A DNA stretch of 64,000 bases from Lingula anatina (taxonomy: Eukaryota; Animalia; Brachiopoda), in contig CM120649.1 in the NCBI GenBank assembly GCA_051362555.1, positions 4,650,001 to 4,714,000 of the forward strand, given 5' to 3'. Positions 54,340-64,000 of the stretch are shown here, piece after piece (positions within the stretch are counted from its first letter, which is position 1; each line of letters opens with the position of its first letter). The position numbers and the translations under genes were made by a program. Under the pieces are notes generated by a model. It made no database searches, was not told the origin of the DNA, and saw nothing but the letters and a program-made list of their open reading frames with translations.

Positions 54340-55892
54340 TCATACCTGAAACACAAATAAAAATTCACGAAATACGGGTAAGACCAAGTTAAAGAATGGC
54401 ATGGCATGCTTAAAGTGATAACTGGATATGTGCTACATTTAAAATGAATCCGAAAGAGGAGTAAAAATAGTAGCAGTCATTTACCCGTCTGCGTCTGCGT
54501 TTAGCGACAATACCGCCTTGGGGCACATCTTTCACTGATCTCTTGTTAAGGCATTCGCACTTTCGGTAATAGCCGTACCTGAAACTGATATGTAATTTAG
54601 GCCATTAAAAACTATAAAAAAAATGTTGTCTTTTGTTTGAATTATAAGCAAAATGGTAAAATAATGTACGTGCAACTGTAACACGTTGATAGCCATTTCT
54701 CTTCTTGAACAATTGTTAACTTGATGTGTGCGCTGTTTAAAAAAAAAAAAAAACGCTGGAGCTGATACGGAACCATGGGCAGATGTTGGCAACGTAACTC
54801 GTGCGAACTGTTGCATATCTCACTTTGACCGCATTCAGATGCACACATCGTACTAGCTGGGTCGGACCAACTCTACGGGGGATTCTCGCTAAATCGCAAT
54901 CAGTGGAATCAGCTTAATTGTCATACACGCCTCGAGCAGAGAGAGGGTTATTAACTATCGCTTGCAGATAAAAATGATTCGACTGATTGCACTTCAGTCA
55001 GAATTTTCCTGCAAAGATGGACCGACCCAGCTACCGGTAATGTGGTGTGTGACTCTGAATGCGCCCTATGTATTCCTGTAACATAATTTAAGGTACACTC
55101 TCCGCCGGGGTCTTCTTCTACTGAGAAGTAATCAACCTCATTTATCGGAGCAATTTCAGGTAGCTGTGTCGCATTGACAATTGACTCCTTAAGCCCCCTT
55201 TACATTGAACGGCGTCATTTCTGTGTCCTTCGTGCGACCATGAAACTGACATCTCTTTGGTTGCAAAGTGATAAAATGATCGGCCAGTTGACGGCACGTA
55301 AAGTGTCATTTGTTTTTATTCTTAAACGGGGTCGTACTACGGGCCGCAGAAAGGACGCTGTCCAGTGTAGAGGGGGTTTGAAAGGCTTTTTAAAAGTATG
55401 TTTAGCGTCTCTGGGAGGACTGTCGAGAATGACAGGAGTTCAAGAGGAAAATGAACAGATACATACGGCGGACGATGCCAATCGCTGTACCAGGGGTTGC
55501 AGTCCTTTCTGCAGCCTCCATCGCAAGCACAGCCAAAAATGTTACACTTCCCGTACCCACAATATGGAGTGCTCTGAAACAAAACAGTCGCTGTTGAATA
55601 GTGATCCAGAATAATTTCAAGCGGGCAGATGTAAATGTTTTAAATGCACATGAAGAAAACAAGTGACAATTTTACGCAATTCAAACAGATTCACCAATTC
55701 AAGTCGATGGTGAGAAATACTTTACGGTACATGTTATTGAACTCTCGTTAATTCAAGTCTTTTTTTAATGATATGGATATCTAACTATGGCTAAAAACCT
55801 CAGCTTTACAATTCATGCTTAACAACCTGGCAAGATAATTGAAAAGGTTATTTATATTATGTTTTTAAGGGGAGGATCCAGGAAGGGGGTCC

Positions 55893-55941
<49 letters not shown>

Positions 55942-56793
55942 TGGACAAACGATGCCATTTGGTACGGTTAAGAACTATGGTTCAGCTGGCCAAAATCCAA
56001 AATTTTAATTTCATGATGGGAATGATATGGTGGTGTCGGCAAAAAAGGAGGGTCAGCACAAAAAGGGAGAATCCGTTATTTTCATGGATATACATTTTCT
56101 GGAACAATTCAACATAAATACATGTTGGATATTTGAATGACTCCATATTAATTTGGATCAAACCGCTTCATGTCGAGAAAGCAAGGCAATGTTGTTTTCT
56201 ACTCGTGCACGTTCTTTGTCTCTTTCTAAATTTACAACCTTAAACAGTATAAATCATGTGCTTGGCATATTTCCCCATTCCACACCAAGCTCGAATTCCA
56301 GATAACCGCCAGGAACTAATGAATTTTAGAAATCATAAGGAAGCGTGAAATTTTGCACAGTTCTGTAGAAATATTGTCCATGCTTGGGCTTCACTTCCAA
56401 AACGGATGTTCAACATAGAGTAGCTATTATATAGTGGCCCTAGTACTGCAGTATGAACATTAACTGGTGATAAACAGAAGACTGATATGGTACTTTTGTG
56501 CCGGTTACACGATCTTCCAAAGATTTGAAAGTACTGACTGATTATAAATAAGAATCGGTTAAGATTTTTAAGATTTTATCACGGTTTAACTAAGAATCGC
56601 GGGATTAAGACATTCTTGGCGGTTCGTGGAATCCCTAGTCGGTGTTAAATAGGGGCAACAAATTGCCTCTTACCTCAGTGCAGTCTATACACCACCCGGA
56701 CTTATCCTCTTTACAACAAGCTGCCTTGGCTTCATTAACTATAGTGGCTATCACGAAGACAGCAACGAATATGGTGACAACAGATGCTGCCAT
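54340..56793 (-). CDS. Diedel-like Cys-rich secreted peptide precursor, copy 2
   Basis: Exons 56793-56674, 55573-55467, 54584-54485 and probably 54345-54340. Translation: MAASVVTIFVAVFVIATIVNEAKA-ACCKEDKSGWCIDCTESTPYCGYGKCNIFGCACDGGCRKDCNPWYSDWHRPPFRYGYYRKCECLN-KR-SVKDVPQGGIVAKRRRRRV*. If the last intron is not spliced, the stop is at 54410. Confidence 0.85.
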
Positions 56794-57174
56794 CTTCTGG
56801 AGTTACAGAATTGATACTAAGTCATATTTAAGTTAAGAATTAAACACTAATTGTTATTATTGCTTCACTTTTAGATAAACAAAAATAATCTCACCGCTTT
56901 CTAACGTCTCGGACCGGTCTACTGTACACACCTTTGCCGCTGGCTTGATGTAGAGAGACTGAATAAGAGCGGTTCCGTAGGTCCCGTATAACTGAGCTTC
57001 CACAGCTCTGCTTGTGCCTTTGATGTTGTTTCAACAAGTAAAAAAAGGTGAGTACAATCAGTTGGTGGTAACATAGATCTTCAAAAAGATCGCTATGAAA
57101 GAGGACTGCTTTGTGAAATAGATCTGACAATGAGACATCAAATATTTTCGTGTAAATTTATAAAAGCGACATAT

Positions 57175-57425
57175 CCATCTGGAGATCGCTTTTTTTTTTT
57201 TTTTTTTGAATTCAGAAATTGACAAAATGTATTTATTGGTAATATTATACCGATGTTACCCCAAAGCAAAGTCTCTTTGGTACTCCGGTGTTCTCCTCCA
57301 TCTGGAGATCGCTTTTTTTTTTTTTTTTTTTTTTGAATTCAGAAATTGACAAAATGTATTTATTGTTAATATTATACCGATGTTACCCCAAAGCAAAGTC
57401 TCTTTGGTACTCCGGTGTTCTCCTC
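57175..57425. repeat. ~125-bp tandem duplication including a SINE-like fragment
   Basis: CCATCTGGAGATCGC-polyT-GAATTCAGAAATTGAC..GGTACTCCGGTGTTCTCCTC occurs twice. GGTACTCCGGT..CTCC resembles a conserved metazoan SINE core (recalled, not searched). Confidence 0.75.
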
Positions 57426-58017
57426 GCATCCATGAACATTGATTTCGTTGTTAAGTAAAACGGATCACATGTCGTGGGTAAGATTTTAAAAACACAATTT
57501 GTACTAAATATGGGTATTAGGTTAGATATTAATTTGAAGGTTGCGTAAGGTGAATTTTTGTCTTGCATACATGTAATACAGTTAGAATTCTGTAAATATG
57601 TGTATCTGCTGGCCTATAAATAGACGGAAACATTATAGCATAAATAAAAAATAGTGTTTAACTTGGACAAACATCTTAATTCAGTGAAAAGAAATTACCT
57701 ATCAAATAACATAAGGCATAAAACCTACCAGGACACATGGATATTAGAATTGAAGTGCAAAGCGTCTGCAGGCTTAACAGGTAACCTGTATAAAACAGTT
57801 TCATTCATATGAAAATAAAAGAAAAACATGGAGAAATATGATATTAAAGATAATTGGTAAACTAAAACAAATGTTTGTCAATTTGGGTGCTTGGAAGTAA
57901 AATGATCTGCATGTGTGATCACGATATTGCCCATATCATACATTTTTATAATGCATAATTACTTTTGTCTCCAAAATATACAGATAGATTTAACGCTTTC
58001 GCATTAAAGTACACATC

Positions 58018-58482
58018 CCAGTTTCACAAAAAAACTTAAGTCGGTCCCTGGTTTAGTTGACTAGGATTTCCATAAGAGTGCTGTAACACTACTCCTGATA
58101 GGTGTAATATGTGTCCATGTGACCATGTTACCTTGGTAATTAAGTTCTTAGCCAGGGAGCCTGACTAAAGTTTTTTTTTTAATCTGTGCGCATTTTGAGA
58201 GTTGATACCTCTGTTCGGATTCAGTTTGTTAATCAGTGTTTCCCATATCTTAAATACCGTTATGATATATATATATATTTGTTTTGGGTACTAAGTGTAT
58301 TTTCTCAAAATGACCATGAATGTTAGGAGGACACCAGTTTCACAAAAACTTAAGTCAGTTCCCTGGTTCAGTTGACTAGGATTTCCATGAGGGTGCTGTT
58401 ACACTGCTCCTGATAAGGTAGTTTGTGCCCATGTGACCGTGTAACCTTGGTAATTAAGTTCTTAGCCAGGGAACCTGACTAA

Positions 58483-58543
<61 letters not shown>

Positions 58544-58558
58544 TGAAACCGGGGCCAG
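58018..58558. mobile_element. Two direct copies of a ~170-220-bp MITE (58018-58185 and 58334-58558)
   Basis: CCAGTTTCACAAAAA..CTTAAGTC..CCCTGG...CCAGGGA.CCTGACTAAAGTTTT; the second copy ends GTGAAACCGGGGCCAG. Both copies are internally palindromic. Confidence 0.75.
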
Positions 58559-59043
58559 AATACCAAAGCGACTTTGCTGTGGGGTGTCGTCGGTCGGTAA
58601 AATATTAGCAATAAACACATTTTATCCATTTCTGCATTAATCTGCCTGTGGACAAAAAAAGCACGCTATACTCAGATAGGTGTGCAATTTTAATAATTTT
58701 ACTCTCAAATGTTAGATGTTCCATTGACAGATTTCACAAAGCACTCCTCTTTCATATCGATCTTTTTGTACTTTACCACCAATTGATTGTTCTCACCTTT
58801 TTGTTGATTCAACATCAAAGACACGCACAGAGCTGCGGAAGCTCAGTTATACGGGACTTACGAAACCACTCCTGTTCAGTCTACCGACATCAGTTCAGGG
58901 GTAAAGGTGTGTGCTGTAGACCGGTTTGGGAAGTTGGATAGTGGTGAGGTTATTTTGCTTATCGAACAGTATAGAGAACAAAAAGCAATAAGTGTTTGAT
59001 TCTTTATTTCAATATCTTAGCACCAATTCTGTAATTCCAGAAG

Positions 59044-60008
59044 ATGGCAGCATCTGTTGTCACCATATTTGTTGCTGTCTTCGTGATAGCCACTGTTATA
59101 GAGGAAGCTCAAGCTGTGTGTTGTAAAGAAGACAAGGCCGGGTGGTGTGCGGACTGTACTGAGGTAAGACGCATTTTATGCTATATGCCAAGCACACAGT
59201 TGTTTCTGAGTGTAGGGAATACCTTTTGCGATCAGCGTGATTGGCCTCATCTTTCGAGCGTGATGCGTTGTTTGAGCCCGATATTGTGCGTGAAACGTGA
59301 TTCAGGAATTCTTGGTGATTGGTGAGAAGAGACCAAAAACAAACAGAAGCTAAGCACTTTAAAATACTTACATATGTTCAAAGTAATCAGGTTCACACCT
59401 CAAAAGCGAATATTCTGTTTCAGACCACTCCATATTGTGGATATGGGAAGTGTAACATATTCGGCTGTGCTTGTGATGGAGGCTGCAGAAAGGACTGCAA
59501 CCCCTGGTACAGCGACTGGCATCGTCCGCCGTATGTATCTCTTCGTTTCCATCCTATCTTTAAACTCCTGTAAATCTTGATAGGCCTTCCTATAGGATGA
59601 ACATACTTATAAATGACATAGGACTTCAAATTGCAAATTACTGTGAAACAGGTATCCTTATGTGACCATGGTTCCCAGCAAACACAGAACGTATTTAGAG
59701 CGTTACCACAATTAACTTTCTGCTAAAGTTTTGTGTTTGTGCTGGATTAGTTCATAAGGTATTGTTTTCAATGCGTACATTTTTTTTCAAATGATACTTA
59801 TTCAAAGACACAGAAACATGGATAAAAATGGAACAGGACGAATCATTGCAGACCGTCGTCACGCACCGTGGCTTGTATACATGTACAATGATCGAATGGA
59901 CATAATATATCAATGATCCCGGGAAGAAGAATGGCTTTCAAATAGATTAATTTTAGTCATTTACTGGTATGTTCATTGACCACAGTAAAAACAAAACAAA
60001 CAAAAAAA

Positions 60009-60068
<60 letters not shown>

Positions 60069-60206
60069 CTGAAGTTTGGGTATGACTGTTTTTTTTTTTT
60101 CAGTTTCTGGCACGGCTATTACCGAAAATGCGAATGCCTAAACAAAAGGTCTGTGGAAGATGGGACCGGTGGAGGTATTGTCGCTAGAGATACATACCTT
60201 AATTGA
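59044..60206 (+). CDS. Diedel-like Cys-rich secreted peptide precursor, copy 3 (109 aa)
   Basis: Exons 59044-59163, 59424-59530 and 60104-60206. Translation: MAASVVTIFVAVFVIATVIEEAQA-VCCKEDKAGWCADCTETTPYCGYGKCNIFGCACDGGCRKDCNPWYSDWHRPPFWHGYYRKCECLN-KR-SVEDGTGGGIVARDTYLN*. Confidence 0.88.
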
Positions 60207-62329
60207 TGCACATCTACATGGGGTAATGTTCTTATACCGTTCTTTTTTTTTGGAAAATGTGACTTAAAACATTGTAATCGCTGAGTTGCGCCTGTTTGCT
60301 GAACCAGTCACTTTTTTGGAGGCAGGTTGATCTTAAGCTGTCATTTAATTTGGTGAAACACGTACTTTGTGATGTTTAACTTGTTTTTTTTTTTCCAATG
60401 TTAGATTGCAGAGATGAAAGAAGCTCAGAAGATACATAGCGATATTCAGACAAAATAAATTCATGCTGTCGAGTATAATAATTGCAATTGGTATTCAATT
60501 GGTATTCTTTGAATTCCTTTCATTTTTGATTTTCACTCAAATTAATACTCAGTTTTGATAAAATGTTACACCATCTGCCGTATTTTTCAATGATTTTGTG
60601 AGATGTTGTTTGCGACTTTAACAGGAAATACAGGTCTTTTAAAGGGTTTGATTGTTGTGCTTTTATGTGAGTCAATGGGGAAGTAAAATCGAAAAAAAAA
60701 AACAGAAATGAAAAAAAAAAACAGATTTGATCGTTGAAAATATTGATGATTGATATGAATAATCAGTCAAAATCACCACTAAAAGTGAAAAGGGCACCGG
60801 TTTTACATAACTGAGGGTCCTTGTAACAGAAAGTCCGCCCTCCATATAGTTATAATGGTTAGGGTTAGTCTGACCTAAGTGGGTCAAAATCTAGGGCGAG
60901 GCTCACCTGTACAAATGAATGGAGAATGGACTCTCTATTATGGGGACTCTCTGTCACGTTACACCGACACAGGCTATATCATATAGATTTTGCACTTGAT
61001 ATAGCAAGTGAACCGTTGTAGATCGCATCCGTAAAGTGTACCACCGGATGAAAAAGTGTACCGGTACACATTGTATCAGTTAAGAAACTTTTTTTTGCAA
61101 AGACAATCTGCCAAGCGCAGTGAACGGGTAGTATGATGTACGTAAGCAAACATTTTTCTCGATTCTTAAATCAGATTTGATGGTTCAAAGCAAGCAAGTT
61201 AAATTGGCTAATTCATTCCCCAACCGAACTTTAATTGTTTGTTATCTCACACAAGTGACACAACTATTCAAATAGGAATAAACCACTTTTTAGATACTGT
61301 ATGTTTCGTAGATAGTGAGCCACTCAAGAGAAAGAGTGACAAACATTTAAATTTCATTTGTGTATTTGTTGCTTGTTTCAGATCATTATTATTCTTATTC
61401 CTTTAGCAGAGTTCATAAAAATTAGTCACACTTTTGCTATTATTTTATGACTAATCTTGTTTTAACTGTTTGGAAGAGCGTGATTTTCTAATCAACAACA
61501 CCAGTGGGGGACAGTATAAAGGAACTGGGTCACCTTTAAACTGTATTATGTAATCGCTTCAGGGATGATTTATCTTTCAGTATCACTTTCGTTGTCATAT
61601 ATTGGTCCAATTTGTCATCTAGTATAGAGGGAAATTGTCATCCTAGTATCAGAGCTTGGATCAAACTTGAACCTGTGCAAACATATTTATCTATATTCCA
61701 AAGTACCAATTCATTTAATTAGCCTCCAACTTCTTTATAGGAGAAAGATATCGCGTGGACACAACTTAACATAGCATGGCTATAAGTATCATGAAAATCT
61801 GATGGAGAACGCGCATTGTAAATTAAAAATATTTCATACTACACTATAAAATGAATAGCATAAAAGGAAGTGTATTCGCACAATCAAATAAATGTGGCTT
61901 CATTTCGATTCAAGACCTTAATTTCATTTGCCGAATCACCGTTTGCATGTTCATATAATGTATCTAAGCAATAACAAAGTTTAATTTTTAAGTTTATGAA
62001 ACATATGAGAGTCAGCTAATGCGTTGCTTAAAATGCCTCTGTGACTTAAATGTGTCATTACAATTACCGAAAATTGAGACGACAAATGTGTCTCAAAATG
62101 AACAGTGCGCCATGCTTGTAGCAACGGAAACCATGCCCTCCACATGTGGTCTGTTGTAATATACGACCCCACACACATCTATTAGATGTGTTTCATTCTT
62201 ATTAAAGGATAATACCCAGACGGAAAACATCGATATCTATCGCACATCAATCAAGTCGATAATACTGCTTTCAATAAGCCACGGCTTTGTTACGTAATCC
62301 AGACGTGATACACCGCTGTAGTGCATTAA

Positions 62330-62908
62330 AGGCCCAGTCACAATGTCGGCGATCTGTCGGGGATTAGTTTTGGCCGGGGGTCGTCGTAGAAAATAAGAAT
62401 CCTTGAACAATCCTTGCAATAATCCTAATAAAAGTGGAGCAGTCACATTGTCTGAGATTTTTTCAAGGATTTTGACCCGGTTTTGTCGAAAAATCGTGGG
62501 ATTAGCCTCCGATCGCCTCCGATTGCATCGGAGGCGATCGGAGACGATATCTGCGAGCGTCTTTTCTTGTAATTTTTCCCCCCTGGGTATATGTGTATAT
62601 ATCTTGCGACTAGTCTTAGATTATTCGGAGGACGCCTCCGATTAATCGGAGGGCATCGTAGGTCATCGGAGATTGTGTCTGGGATGCCCAAAATGGGTGA
62701 AAAATCTTGCGAGCAATCTTAAAATTTTAAGTTCAAAGTTGGGGACCGCGACGGGTGTGGCGATGTCTAAAAAATCTGCGACAACCCGCAGGCGTCCGGA
62801 GAGCGCCTCCGACGGGTGCAAAATCGTGAGATCTCTCTCAAGATTTTGTTCAAATTTCCCGGGTTTTACCCATCCCCGACGCATCGCAACTGATTTGTGA
62901 CTGGGCCT
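62330..62908. mobile_element. PIF/Harbinger-type MITE
   Basis: TIRs AGGCCCAGTCACA/TGTGACTGGGCCT, TAA TSD (62327-29 and 62909-11), and GC-rich internal repeats CGCCTCCGAT/ATCGGAGGCG. Confidence 0.88.
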
Positions 62909-64000
62909 TAAGTCGTTTTACTTTGCTACATAGTATTTGCTGGAATCGGATTATTTTCAGATGAATATGCCAGGAAAACGAGGAACCCACTGACTAAAAA
63001 CTCAAATAGCTGCTTTTATTTAAATAAAATTGGCAGCACAATTTTCTAAGAAACCCCTATTTCCAATGTTTCGATACCCCCTTCCCATATTTCATTCACT
63101 AGCTTATTGTTCAGTAGTGACGTGTGATAAGCGTTTTAATTCGCAATTCACCAGGGCAGTCGTACCCTCAATAAGATGAGTGCATCTGAACGCATCACCT
63201 CGGTATCTATTAAACAACAATCAATTTTGTAAAGCAGATAAATCACATGCTCTTCTGTTTACTTTTTGTGCTTAAAGACGTCCCCTAGTGTTTGATTATA
63301 CTTGATGCATGATTTAAAACAAGATTAAATGCCAGCGACACAGACTGCCATATCCAACAGACACAAGAAGGCACCGGGTGACATCAACAGTTTCAATATA
63401 CCGCTACAAGGGAGATGAGAGGGTTGTTCTTCATTGCCTTGCATCTGGCGTGGTTTATGCCGATTTATCAAAAATGTGAGATTTGAGGATCGAATATTTA
63501 ATTAAGATTCCTGATTTACATAAATGGTTGTGTTTCAAGCGAATTCAATGTAAAGTAAGAGAAGCGTTTTATGATGTAGGAGTTTTTTCTTTATGATATA
63601 CAAAGCCGCATTTAAGAGGGATTATTTTTTCCATTCGTTCGGGTCATCCAATTTACATATAAGTATGACATTCAAAGCTCAAATTCAGCAGAATGACCAC
63701 AAATTATTTTTATTTCAGATGCACGGGGAGCATCGAGTAGCCCTCACACAACTGACGGTAACAAATCAATTTACTTTAATTATAAAAGTATATCCTCAAA
63801 CTATACCTGTGGATCAGTTCTGTCATATCATTATTAGACAAACCCAATTATGATTACAAAAAACAATGAGTACAAAGGAATGAACGACTAAAATTCGGCT
63901 AACCGTTTATGACTTTCACAATGTTGGGAGAAACTGATCGCCAAGTATAACAATAACAGAATACGATAAATTCTGGAAAAATATACTTTATTCCGAGTGG

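Noticed and set aside
56891-58941. Similar ORFs 56891-57130 (-) and 58648-58941 (+)
   Set aside because: They reflect the duplicated promoter/5' UTR of the Diedel-like genes, have non-ATG starts and show no coding signature.
62500-62820. Short recurring CGCCTCCGAT repeats resembling a CRISPR or iteron array
   Set aside because: Irregular spacing, located inside a Harbinger-type MITE, eukaryotic context and no cas genes.

Overview
AT-rich, intron-rich animal (probably marine invertebrate) genomic DNA. It is not prokaryotic, and most short ORFs in the track are exon fragments or microsatellite artefacts. Splicing by hand (GT-AG, phase-consistent) gives seven protein-coding genes: a 6-exon DUF924-family gene (-), a ~36-exon polycystin-1-like (PKD1L) receptor/channel (-), a 2-exon 71-aa secreted Cys-peptide precursor (-), an 8-exon LAPTM/Mtp-like four-TM protein (+), and three Diedel-like 12-Cys secreted peptide precursors (+,-,+). 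The PKD1L protein carries a C-type lectin plus 9 sushi modules and a degenerate, Cys-less GPS. A 2.64-kb Tc1/mariner element (25-bp TIRs, TA TSD) carries a BEN-domain ORF and an intron-containing DD34E transposase remnant, and sits exactly inside a 5' splice site of the PKD1L gene. Several MITEs, local duplications and microsatellites are present. All family assignments come from recognising motifs by eye, not from database searches.
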